Shown: piece after piece, positions 12,140 to 24,411 of the stretch
Layout: each line of letters begins with the position of its first letter
How positions within the stretch are numbered: the first letter of the stretch is position 1
From: Octopus vulgaris
Lineage: Eukaryota
Direction of reading: 5' to 3'
NCBI GenBank assembly: GCA_951406725.2
Contig: OX597814.1
Coordinates: 161,572,001-161,636,000 of the forward strand
Length of the DNA: 64,000 nucleotides
Notes under the pieces: model-generated
Told to the model about the DNA's origin: nothing
Seen by the model: the letters and a program-made list of their open reading frames with translations, nothing else
Database searches by the model: none
Program-made: the position numbers and the translations under genes

Positions 12140-12232
12140 TATTTCTTCCTGAAGAGAAAGACACAATATGGTCTCATTATTCAATCGGAATTTGGTAAAT
12201 TGTGCCTTTCGAAACACGTGTAGAATGAAATA
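12140..12232 (+). ncRNA. Type I hammerhead ribozyme (PLE-type minimal stem III)
   Basis: Stem I TATTTCTTC (12140-48) / GAA-T-GAAATA (12223-32); core CTGAAGA (12149-55); stem II GAAAGACACAAT / ATTGTGCCTTTC; GAAA (12211-14); stem III C-ACGT-G; cleavage triplet GTA (12220-22). Confidence 0.8.
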
Positions 12233-12329
12233 AAACGATTTCTGTTCAATCTTCGTTCAACTCCATTTCTTCAATTCACTAATAATATATATATATATAT
12301 CTTTGGTAAATTAATAAAACAACTAAAAA

Positions 12330-12570
12330 AAAAAGCGCTCTAAAAGCTCAGACACTGTAAAGATACCAAAATTCATCCAACAAGTTTTCGAAATAGTATC
12401 ATAGATCATCCTAGAGAATCAATGAGAGCTGTTGCCAAAAACTTCAGGTACTGGAGTGGAGTATCAGAACTGTAGTGCACAAGGATATTCAGTACAAGTA
12501 GCATGTTCTGAGCAGAAGCCAGTTTATGTTGGCAAAGACACAGGTTCAAAGAGTGAACAGACCTCAATTT
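12330..12570 (+). mobile_element. Tc1/maT-like transposase remnant (N-terminal part)
   Basis: PRESMRAVAKNF and DIQYK*HVLSRSQFMLAKTQ resemble the HTH/linker of maT-type transposases; heavily decayed. Confidence 0.5.
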
Positions 12571-12747
12571 TGCTGGCTCACAGAGAGCAGCAGAAACCTG
12601 AGGGAAGTGGCAAAATCTTGTTGCAATGTCATGAATGAATGTCCCTACAACCACAGGGTCAAGAAGTTGGAAGGAAGGAAGGATGAACCAATGGCAAACT
12701 CTTCACAGCTGCTTAATTTGTCTTCTTAAAATAAAAAAAATAACATG

Positions 12748-13140
12748 CAGGTATGGCTGAGTGCTTAAGAAGCTTGCTTCATAACTATGTAGTTTCAAAT
12801 TCAGTCTCACAGCATGGCACTTTGGGAATGTGTCTTCTACTATAGCCCTGGGCTAGTTAATACCTTGTGAGGAAATTTCATTGATGAAACCTCTAAGGAA
12901 GCCTGTTGCGCAAGCACACATGTGTATGTGTGTGCCTGCATGCATGCATGCATGTGTGTTCCCACCACACCTCTTGGCAACTGGCATTGGTTTGTTTACA
13001 TCCCATAACTTAGCAGTTTGGAAAAAGTAATTGCTATAATAAGTACCAAAGTAAAAAATTCATAGTGGGTGATATTTGACTAAAACCTTTTAAGGCACTG
13101 CACCAGCACAGCTGCAGTTCAATGATTAAAACAAGTGAAG
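12748..13140 (+). mobile_element. SINE-A, diverged full copy
   Basis: Head gcaggtatggctgagtg; catggcactttgggaatgtgtcttctactatagcc; tail gcacagctgcagttcaatgattaaaacaag. Confidence 0.8.
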
Positions 13141-16100
13141 AAAAAAAAAAAGATATAGGATAATATAGACCTAGAAAATAGTCCTAGATAAACTGTATCC
13201 AAGAAAAAAAAAAGAAAAAACCCACTGGATGGTCACAGCTGGAACACCTTTGGTTATATAACAGATTAATTTTGGCTGACCTGAGGCTAAACAAAAACAG
13301 CAATCTGCATATATTCCTACAAAATATACAGATTGTAATTATTTAATTCTCGACAAATATTTCTGTTTTAAAACAACAATTCCATTTAATGTAGAAGTTA
13401 CCATGACACAAGATTGAAATGACATTTCAGCCAGTAACTCAATTTGCAGCCAATTGTTTACTGTCCTTCATTGAGAATATACTGAAGATGAAGCAGTGTT
13501 GATATCTTCAAGGCTGGAGCCTAATTCTAAAGCAACTACTTTTATTTTAATTATTTAATACGAACGGATAGTATCAAAGAAATTAGAAGCAAGGTTAACA
13601 TCAATTAAAATTCAAACTAAGCTATGAAAATCAATAAAGTGACAGTAATGTTCAAATATTTGCTATAATAATTATTGGTGCAATGCTAAGTTTTCGTGAC
13701 ATTCTAGTAAATCACATCTTGGTTTAGATTCTATGACAGAAAGGCATGAACGCTATAAATTTTGATTTTCTTTTCTTTTCAAATTTAAGGTTGGAAACCT
13801 AATTAAGAAATTACATTATTACTAGGAGATTTCCTCTTTTTCTATAATTATTCCAAGTTAATGTGGCATACAGTTAAATTTGTAATTTTTGCAGTCTTCT
13901 TTGAGAAAAATAAAGTTACAGCTTAGCAGCTGCAGCACCGTATATTTGTCTGCTGTCAGTGAGGTGAGTAAATAAACATCTTCACTTCAAGCCTATATTT
14001 CCCCAATGATTATTAAGAGAAAATAAATTAAATTTCCTTATAGAAAAGTAAATTTAGTTAGATCAGCTTTTTAATATGCCCTAAAGGCTAAGTAAATCAT
14101 TCTTTTCATGAACCCCACTCTGAATAGAAAATTCTGCAGAGAATAAAGAAAAGGATGGTGGGGTGGGAGAAAAAAAGAATAAAAGTAAGAATTTTTTAAC
14201 ATCTTTTCAGTGCAATTTTTAAGTTATAAAACATTCATGTGAGTTAACAGAAAAATATTTATGACACATTCCTGAGAGAATAATGTCACTCATTAAAGCT
14301 TTTGCCAAGAGAGACTTGTCAAGGTAGCTCTTTATTATGTACATAATAAATAGGATCTTAATTGTAAGAAAACATTAGTAGAATGGTGAGCTATTGTAAG
14401 AATGTAAGGTTCTCAAAGTTTATACAAGAAGTATCCTAATATTAAAAATATGTTGCCAGCTGATGAATAAGTAAAGAGAGGAGAAATAATTTCAAGTGCT
14501 AACCAAGAGACACTAGATGATCTCCTGTCATTGCTATATCACACATAGAATTCTTCATGAACAGATGCAGATGAAATGCACTTGTCCAGTAAACAAATAT
14601 TGACTAGAAAGTGTGTGTGCATAAGAGAGAGAGAGTGGTGGGGGAGAATTGCACAATTATATCATCCCACAAGTAAATTGTGGGTCTAATTCAAACTTCT
14701 TAAAGGATCAGCAACTGATCAGAGCTTACATGCTTTCAGGATCCTAAAGAGGACCAAAAGTCTTTGCAATGAAATTTTTAACTATATTTCAGGGTCATGT
14801 CAGGGTTATGAGGCAAAAAAAAAAGAAAAGAGAAAAAAAAAAAAAAGAAAAAAATATCAGAAATTGTCAGGCCAAGCATTTGTGGTTAAAAAATTTGATT
14901 GTGTATTCTGAGATTTCCGTTCAAGGAAGCAATACAAGTTTGATGTGAAAGGTGCTTTAGATTGCCTGTGGATGGATAAAGTGTGTAGACAGACGTTTAA
15001 GGAGAAGGGAAGAGTGGTATCATCTTCACAAGTGTGATTGTTGTTGTTGTTTGGCACCCAGTCTGCAAACCTGATAATGCAAACATATGATCAAAGACAT
15101 ACCATCTGTGATTATACTGTCTCTCTCTGAGGCAATGTGCATCTAGGACATTATCCAAAGTATCCTTTTTAAAGATCGTAAGGTCTAATCTAAGAAGGAC
15201 TTAATTGCATAGAAACTGAACTCACTGGCTTACATGAGTGGCTTATATGATAGTAGACCAGTAGGCAGATTGTTAATTTACATGAGAAATACAGCAGAGG
15301 ACATAGTAAAGTTGATAGAGTGCACCAGAAAGAGTTCTATCAACACATTCCTTACTGGTGTGATTTAACAGGAAGAGAGAAGATGAAATTAATGAAGCCC
15401 AGGTAGTTTCACTAGATGATTATTATGCCAACCATGGCCAAAGATTTGGCTAATGACAAAGCACAGCAACATTGCTTTCACTAAAATTCTTAAGAGTGAA
15501 GCAACGTTGGTAAGTGATATAGTGAAGTGTGTCCTCAGATAAGCTGTACTGGTGGCTACCAAGGAGAGAGAGGGATTAAAATGTTGGAAGTGTGAATTAA
15601 TAGGTTGATAATTCACAGAATCAGTGTGTGGTGTGTGCACGTGCATGCATGTGTAAATTAGGACTCTCAGTGTAACTTGGCAAATAAAACACTTATTTTT
15701 GGGGATTTAATAGATGAAGTGGTATCATAGTAAGTCTGCAAAAAGTATTAATTTTGTAACAGAAGTATGTGTTTTTGACATTTTAGAAATTTATTAGTGT
15801 TTCACTAGCTCACTATAAATGGAGAAGCAATATATATATATTCAATAATATCTGGCTTGTGCAATATGCATCCCTCCCATATATCTTTTCCATTTGTCAT
15901 TTAGAAATCTTTTTTTTACAATTTTTATGCTTTAAACATTAGGTGTTATGCTTTTGAGTGGGAAGGAAAAGAAATTCACAAGTTCAATTTTTTTCAATTA
16001 TTTCCTCTCTCTATGTGAACCTCTGATGTTAAACTCAATCCCCTAAACCTAAAACTGAATCCTTAAAATCTACTCATAAATCCTAACACTGATTGCAAAC

Positions 16101-16789
16101 TTAATTTTTCTTGCAGGATTGTAATCTCCTACATTTATTGCATCTAATGATGTATTAAAACATTTTGGAATGAAATATCAGAAACTGGAAATTTATTCTG
16201 GTTGTCTACTCTGAAACAGAGTATTTGAAGGTGGACAATCATTAAAAATTGGAATTAGGAATTTTTTTTCAGTATCATAAAGAATATTTTCTCCAGGCAA
16301 AACTAAATAGAAATTCCAGATAGGTGAGATCACACAGCTCAGCCAATATACATTGTATAATTGATCATTTATCTTAAAGTACATATTAATACAAGTGCAG
16401 ATGTGGTTGTGTGGTTAAGAATGTCACTAAATAACGCCATGCTTTCAGCTTCATTTTCCTCAACACCATTATTAAACGACTTTTATGACAGAACAAATGT
16501 AAAATAATGAACTGCAAAATGTTAGCATTCATTGTGGCATTATTATTAATGCAGTTGGATCCACCAAACATTTTAATTAAATTCCTATTAATATGAGAAA
16601 AGCTTGGCCATTATTTACTCAGGTGTATTTAATGTTAAAAGATGAGAATTAGAATGGCTAACATCAAATATACATGACATAATTATTTTCCATCATCACA
16701 TTTGAATTTATCCTGGTTGTGGTGAAGATATAAAGCTTAGTGAAGACTTGTAACTAGCAGACTGATACTAGTGAAAGTATACTTGAGGA

Positions 16790-17262
16790 GCTGTCTTTCT
16801 CTCCCTGTTTTCCTCTTTCTCTCTCTCTCTGGCTGGGTAACTATGTACCTCTTCCACAGCAAGACGTCTCTGCCTTTCTTTCTGTCACACTCTAACCTTT
16901 CATCATCTGACACAAGGTTGCCGCTTCCAATGGACCCTCCCCTCTAAAGGGTTCCTTGTCTTGCAAAATTACTTGGTGACCCTGCCAATGCTGGTGCCAC
17001 TTAAAAAGCACCCAGTCCACACTGCAAAGTGGTTGGCATTTGAAAGGGCATCCAGCTGTAAAAACCACACCAAAACTGACCTCAACTGTGTGAGTGCCAA
17101 GTAAAAAGCACTCAGCCCACTCTGTGGGGTGGTTGGTGTTGGGAAGGGCATCCAGCTGTAAAAATCATGCTGAAACATGCCACAGGCTCCTGCCTGACCA
17201 TCTCCTGTCAAACCATCTAACCCGTGTCAGCATGGAAGGAGTATGTTAAATGATGATGATGA
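16790..17262 (+). mobile_element. RTE 3' UTR/tail
   Basis: Duplicated 'aaaagcac..gtggttgg..gaagggcatccagctgtaaaa' block and (GAT)n end. Confidence 0.8.
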
Positions 17263-17673
17263 ATACAGTTTTCCAAGGAAAACTCTTTTGTTCAATTCAT
17301 CAAGCTCTTGTATTATTGGCTATTTGACTCAGCAAGCGTTAAAATATCGCACATGACACATTTTCTATTTTTATGACAATGGAAAAAAAAAAACACTTCA
17401 CTTTTTTTGGCAAAGAAAACACTCATTTTTTTTCACCTGGAAAACATCTACTTTTGACATGGTAAATAAATTTTTTACTGTTATGGAGACCTGGAAATAA
17501 AGACATGCTGACATTTCTTGTTACAAAAAAAAAAAATTAGCAATTACAAATTATAAACAGAAATATGGCATTTTAAATATTTATCTGAAAATTTTATGAT
17601 TAGAAAACAGAATAAAAATCTCCCATTCTCTCCTACATGTTTGCATGTGCATATGAGTATACATGTGCATATG

Positions 17674-17701
<28 letters not shown>

Positions 17702-17704
<3 letters not shown>

Positions 17705-18283
17705 TCTCTTCATCCTACCACCTTCTCCTTCCACCCTCTCCCTTCAACATCACCCCCTACACATTCCAACCTATCATCCCTATATATCCCATCCCACTCC
17801 ACCTCATCCCTTAGACCCCACCCTCGCCTCCCCCACACCACCATACCACATCACACACTACCACCATAAAACACCAGCCCACACACACTAGCACTGACCA
17901 CTTCCCTGCACCACACTAACAGTGACCACTTCCCAGCACCTACACCATCATCCACACATCTACACATGCACACACACACACATCAATGTTACCAGCCCCC
18001 TTCCACATGCACATACGTGCTCTCACATACACACAGATGGTCACCTTCATTTTGGGATCACCACTACTTTATTATTTCCTCTTCTTCCTAGCTCTTCTGT
18101 GTGACTCCTCTGTCCGGCATTCACCATGACACTCCCTGTTTATTTCTGTGTTCCTTTCTGTCGAAGAGTATAGGCTTAAAATGTAAAAGACTTTCTCACT
18201 TCCCGAGCATTAAACCAATACATCTGTTTGTTGCTTACACAGCCATCTTCGTATTTTGTTTTTGTAAATTCTCACTTTCTCAT
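17702..18283 (+). mobile_element. PLE-like 3' remnant between (TA)n tracts
   Basis: C/A-rich body followed by decayed hammerhead-like ctttCTGTCGAAGAGtataggcttAAAATGTAaaag (18154-18190); 3' part homologous to 8722-8850 (-). Confidence 0.55.
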
Positions 18284-18559
18284 TATATATATATATATAT
18301 ATATACATGCACACACATGTACAAACACATGCACACACAAAGGGAAGGAGAGAGAGAGAGAGATTTTTTTGTTTTCTTATCATTCCCAAATTCCCAAATA
18401 TAAATTTAAAATGTCATATTTCTGTTTATAATTTTTTATAACAAATGTCAGTGCTTCTTTGTTTCAGGGTCCTGATGACAGTGAAGTGTTTACCTTGTCA
18501 AAAATAAAGTGTTTCAAAGTAAAAAAATGAGTGTTTTCCTATTCCTAAAAATTGCTCTA

Positions 18560-19118
18560 CAGCAGCACACCTGTTTCTACCCTCATTCTTGATCACTCTC
18601 ACTCTCTCTCTCTCTTTCTCTCTCTCTCTCTATCTCCTTCTCTTGTCCTTCCCTCTGGCTAGGTAACCAAATACCTCCTTTACAGCAGCACATCTGTTTT
18701 TGTTCTCTTTCTTGTTACTCCTCTCTCCCTTTTTCTCTCTCTCTCTTCCTTCCCCACTCTCTGTCTGGCCAGGTAATCATGTATCTTTTCTATAGCAAGG
18801 CACTTGTTTCTGCCTCTCAGTATCTCTGTTACACTCTAATCTTTCATCATCTTACACAAGATCACCTCCCCCAAAGCCCCCTCCCCTGTCAAAAGTTGCT
18901 TGTCTTGCAAATTACTTGGTAACCCTGCTAATGCTGGTGCCATGTAAAAAGCATCCAATCCACATTGTGAAGTGGTTGGCATTTGGAAGGGCATCCAGGT
19001 GTAAAAACCATGTCAAAACAGACACAGTAGCCTGGTGTAGTCTTCTACTTGGCTGGCTCCTGTCAAACTGTTCAACCCATGGAAGGCGGACGTTAAATGA
19101 AGATGATGATCATCATCA
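18560..19118 (+). mobile_element. RTE 3' UTR/tail
   Basis: Pyrimidine-rich UTR, gtggttggcatttggaagggcatcc, and cggacgttaaatga(tga)n end. Confidence 0.78.
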
Positions 19119-19834
19119 TGGTATTGACCAGACTATTGAATGTTGTTATACACTGCTGGTCACAATGTACTTTGCATCATTTTAGCTTATGAATGATGCT
19201 ACCTTGTTTGCTTGGTGAGCAGGCCATACACACACACACACACACACAAACACACACATACACACATACAACACACACACACACAAACGCACACATAAAC
19301 TATGTCCAGTTTCAAAGATAGTACACAAACTAAAATAATGAGATTTCTTTCCTTATCAACAAATATATATGTGTGTTTACTGCCAAATGTTTGTGTGTTT
19401 TGACATCATTTAGAATTAAATCCATTTAATAAAAAGCTGAATATTGCTTTTATGAATTGAAACAATAGGGAATGAATTTCTTCTAGCTTGTGGGTTTCAG
19501 GGGGCAGAAGTTTTCAACAAAATATTTTAGGGGAAAAGGCTGTGTGTTTAAGTGAACATGAGTTGAAATATTATATCACAACAATGTTCTGTTTTTTAGT
19601 TAAAACTGTGAAAAGCACACACAGACTGAATTTTATTATAAAAATAGGCACAGATATGACTGTGTAGTTAAGTAGTTCACTCCACAACCACACAGCTTTG
19701 AGTTCAATCCTACTGTGGGAATTTCAGGCAAGCTGATCAATGCCATGTGAGAAAAATTTGGTTGATGGTGACAGTATGGTAACACATTGTGTAAATATGA
19801 ATATGTGTACATGCATGTGTATGTTTTTTTCTCC

Positions 19835-20923
19835 AGGTCATTGCCATTTGAGCGAGGTCATTGCTATTCGAGCGAGGTCGTTGCCAGTGCCGCTGGACTG
19901 GCTCTTGTGCAGGTGGCACATAAAAAGCACCATTTGAGCGTGGCCATTGCCAGTACCACCAAACTGGCCCTCAATGCCAGTGGCACGTAAAAGCACCCAC
20001 TACACTCTCGGAGTGGTTGGCATTAGGAAGGGCATCCAGCTGTAGAAACTCTGCCAGATCAGATTGGAGTCTGGTTCACCAAACCTCAGTCAAATCGTCC
20101 AACCCATGCAAGCATGGAAAGCGGATGTTAAACGATGATGATGATGATGATGATAATGATGATGTGTCTTTGCATTGACACTGCTTAGGCAGTGATGGTA
20201 ATATTGTTTATGTCCCACATATAAAAGTAGGTCAATGTTGGTGAGACATACTTGAAAACAAGTATGGGCGGCCTCAAGAAGTCTCTTACAACCCATACCA
20301 GCAAAGAAAAAGGAGATGAATGACCAAGACTTTTGGCGATATGCCTTGCTGCAGAAGACATGTTAAGCCAAGTGAAATCATATTGTGGCCAATGCTGGTG
20401 TCATATAACTGGCACTTGTGCTGGTAGTACATAAACAGCACCTTTTACACTCTTAGAGTGGTTGACATTAGGAACGGTATTCGGGCATATAAACTAAGCC
20501 AAATTAGATTGGAACCTGGTGAAGCTCTCCAGCTTACCAGTTTCATTCAAACCATCTAACCTATGCCAGCACGGAAAGTAGATGCTAAATGATGATGATG
20601 ATGATATACACATGAAGGCAGACACACACACATACACATACATAACAGGCTTCTACACAGTTTCCATCTACCAAATTCACTCACAAGGCATTGGTTACAA
20701 GGGCTTTAGTAGAAGACGCCCAAGATGTCATGCAGTGGGACTGAACCTGAAACCTATATATATATGGTTGGTGTTAGGAAGGGCATCCAGCTGTAGAAAC
20801 TCTGCCAGATCAAGATTAGAGCCTGGTGCAACCATCTGGTTCGCCAACCCTCAGTCAAATCGTCCAACCCATGCTAGCATGGAAAGCAGACGTTAAATGA
20901 TGATGATGATGATGATGATGATG
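19835..20923 (+). mobile_element. Cluster of three RTE 3' tails plus a SINE-A fragment
   Basis: Tails ending in (GAT)n at ~20163, ~20604 and ~20923; SINE-A fragment (-) at ~20645-20755. Confidence 0.8.
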
Positions 20924-20934
20924 ATATATATATA

Positions 20935-21165
20935 ATAAGATGAGAAAATAGAGAGGTAATTAATAAATTATTATTTATTAATTAAAAAATTGACAAACAT
21001 CCCTCACAGCTGTTTCAATTCCAGACCTTCAGAAAATTAATTAATTAAATTAAAAATTATTTGGAAGTCAAATCTCTTCAGAGGTAGTTTAACATATAAA
21101 AAATTGGTGTTCAATTCCTGCATGTTGAGTAAACGGCTGCAAACTGTTAACTGAGTGTGCCTGTG
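20935..21165 (-). mobile_element. PLE-like fragment in (TA)n with degenerate hammerhead
   Basis: Minus strand 21084->21002: CCT-CTGAAGA-long AT-rich stem II-GAAAC-AGCT-GTG-AGG. Confidence 0.6.
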
Positions 21166-21190
21166 TATATATATATGTGTGCATGTGTGT

Positions 21191-21235
<45 letters not shown>

Positions 21236-22125
21236 TATATAAACACACACAAACATATATGTATATATACACACATACACAACACATATATACATACATA
21301 TATATATATTATACATACACACATACATATATATATACATAGCATATATATACATTCATACACACACGTATATATACACGTGTGTGTATGTGTATATGCG
21401 TGTGTGTGCATGTGTGTGTTTATTCTTATCTACTAGTACACAATAACCTAGTACCCCATTTTTTTTCTTGTTCCTGTGAGGTATGAAGTAGGAGCTGGGC
21501 TCCTAAGCAAATGTGATTTGTCTAAAATTGCTGTGTGAATTATGAGTGTGTGTGTGTGTGTGTGTGTGTAATTTCATTTCTATTTACATAGCTATTGTGA
21601 TTCTGTTCTTTTTCCTTTTTTTTAATTATGTCTTTCCACCTACTTTTATCTGCTAATGTTGATTGCATAGAGTCATAACTGGCTTATCAAGCAGTGTCCA
21701 GGAAATTATAGTGTCCATGCACACATAAATGGCTGATCTAATAATTATTGTGTCTATGCATTTAGTAAGGATGACATAGTAAAAGTACTCCTGTTCCCCT
21801 CCAATCAGCAGAAAGTGGCTTCACAGTTTCTACTATAAATTTACATGGCTCTTACATCAAGATTTCATTAGCCAGGAGCCATTCTCCTAAAAGTTTAGAG
21901 GAATATATACCAAATTTCACAAAAGGCTGAATTGTTTTTCTACAATTACCACTGCAGCCTTGTATATCAAACAAAACAGTTTAACATTTCATGGGCCAGT
22001 CCACTTTAGTTATTAATAAGTAAAGTGAGGAAGCATGGCTTAATATGTGTACATATCTTTGCATTTGTATCCATTCTGCTTCACAATCAGAGATGGTTTC
22101 TTTACATGCCCATATACAAGAATCC

Positions 22126-22465
22126 AGGTATGGCTGTGTGGATACAGAGTTTACTTTATAACCACATGTTTCAGGTTCTATCCCATAGCTTAGCACTTTT
22201 AGGCAAGTGCCAACTACAACAGGTGTGGATGTATATAAATATTAATTGATGAGCCCGTCGTGTGCATGTGTGTGTGTCTGTGTTTGCAGTGGGGGTGTAT
22301 TTATGTCCCCCAGCTTAAAGGTTTGGCAATAGAGACTGATAGAATAACTACCAAGCTTAAAAAGAGAAATAAGTACTGGAGTCGATTCCTTCAACTAAAA
22401 ATCCAAAGTGGTGCCCCAACATGGCCACAGTCTAATGACTGAAATAAGCAAAATTAAAGGATAAA
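22126..22465 (+). mobile_element. SINE-A, diverged
   Basis: Head caggtatggctgtgtgg; tail gtggtgccccaacatggccacagtctaatgactgaaa. Confidence 0.8.
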
Positions 22466-22620
22466 ATCATTAAAATTAATGAACTTTATCAGTGGCCAGC
22501 AAATAAAAAAACTTTTAGGTAAAATTCATATATAGAAATATATAATTGTATAGAATATGATTATGATTAAGGGCATGATAGCTTCTGTACCTTTAATTAT
22601 AATTGTATAGAATACAATTA

Positions 22621-22694
<74 letters not shown>

Positions 22695-23029
22695 CATATA
22701 TATATATATTCTATGGCCTGATGTCCTTCATGTCACCAACTCTTACCTGTTTTGAAGCAATACCGCCCCATGACAGGATGTCTGTCTGGGAATACAGTAA
22801 ATGGGTGATTGTATGGTAACACACATATCAAGCTATCCTGTGACGTTAAGGCAATGAGAGACAAATGCATACATGTGTGTGCACACACACCATGTACACA
22901 CACACGCATCAATGTCATTATTTTATCATCATTGTCGAGATGTTTACTATTCCATGCTTGCTTAAGTCAGATGAGATTTCACTGAGACAAAATTTTCTAC
23001 AGCTGCTGGCATTAGGTGAAATTAACAGA

Positions 23030-23650
23030 TATCAATGTAGAGTCACATGGAGGAGTGAAAAATAATAGCTAGTGGTAAAGAAGGGCCATAGTAAGAAGTA
23101 TTATGAAGATATTCTATGCCAACCCTCATTACACAGGCACTGTGATGGGAGTGAAGTAGAGTGATAGGGGGGCGATGATGGAAGAGAAATAGTGAGAGGT
23201 GAGATTGGAGGATTGAATTCAGATACATTTAATAGATTGGATGCTATTCCTCATTAGACAAGTTGGATGGTACAGTGGGCAGCAGAAAGAGGCTGAATAG
23301 TAGATGAAAGTGGAATAAAGAGAGCAGTTTTTGAAGAGCTAACAAGAGCATGAAAGATAAGAAACCCAATATAAGTACATATCTCAACCTCCACCACTAC
23401 AACCATTTTAATAACCCTTTTATCATGTGAGAAATTGTAGCTGTGTTCTTTCCTGCATGTCAGGTTCTTTGTCATCCTTGTTATGAGATTCAGATTTGTC
23501 ATCATACCTCCATGTCCTTTTATGCTCACCCCTTCCACAGGTTTACACAATTTTAAGTCATTTGGCACTTCTTTATACAACTGATCATCACATGTCTCTA
23601 CCAGCACAGTCTTTTTCCTTGTACACCATGTCTGTACATCCAGATTTATC
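23030..23650 (-). mobile_element. Decayed RTE 3' portion
   Basis: Reverse strand gives R..LCW..HV and G.....W remnants at ~23480-23650, followed by purine/pyrimidine-biased UTR. Confidence 0.6.
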
Positions 23651-24411
23651 TCAGCACATTTCAGTTCCACTGTTCATGCACACTCACAGAATTTATATAC
23701 CTAGCACATAGACATATAAATACACATAAACATGTGTGTATGAAAGCACATGTGCATGCACACATTCACATGCATACACCCTTCACACCCTCCATGTATT
23801 CGCACATATGAATGCACTTACAGCACACAGGCATGTGTATTTATGTACAAGCATGATATAAATGAATAATAAAAGTCTTTCAGTACATGAAAATACAATT
23901 TATTTCACAATTTCAAATAAATTTATATCTAATATTTCAGCATAAAATGTCTCTTTCTAAGTAATAATCTTGGAAAAACCATATCAGCTACAAACAAACG
24001 AAAGAGTAAATGTAGTGAAACTTCAAAGGTTTTTAGATCTTCTGATTGTCATCCTGCCAAACTGTTGACGTATCTTCTAAATGTGAGTGATTTAGTGAAA
24101 TAACATTCTTGGATAAAGGCATTTCACTTATAGATGATACTGATGTAAGCAACGTCTCTATTGCCATGGTATAGTATCACTTGAGGCTTTGCACTCAATT
24201 GGATCGATCTATCTTCTCTTTGTTTCTCAGTTGTATCAAACTATCTCTTACTTTTTGATGTTGAAATAATAATGGTAAAATGTTTTCCTTCTTTCAGTTT
24301 CTTAAAATCATATCCTCATTTAAAATATAGTGCAGAAGTATAGTTAGCACACTAAATGAATTAGAAGCACTTTTTAGCATATGGTATACAATTTATCTCA
24401 CCCCATGGCTC

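Larger units (their letters stand above)
11752..12288. mobile_element. Young PLE-like insertion in (TA)n: inverted pLTR-type palindrome plus ~155-bp unique extension
   Basis: (TA)n at both ends; perfect inverted arms 11908-12092 and 12104-12288; hammerhead motif in each arm; CpGs retained. Confidence 0.8.

Noticed and set aside
11973-12223. Two near-identical 63-aa ORFs on opposite strands
   Set aside because: A by-product of the palindrome; non-ATG starts and no recognisable domain.
13880-13970. Plus-strand strong donor GAG|GTGAGT (another at ~63315)
   Set aside because: No recognisable coding frame or partner exons; such motifs occur by chance in 64 kb.
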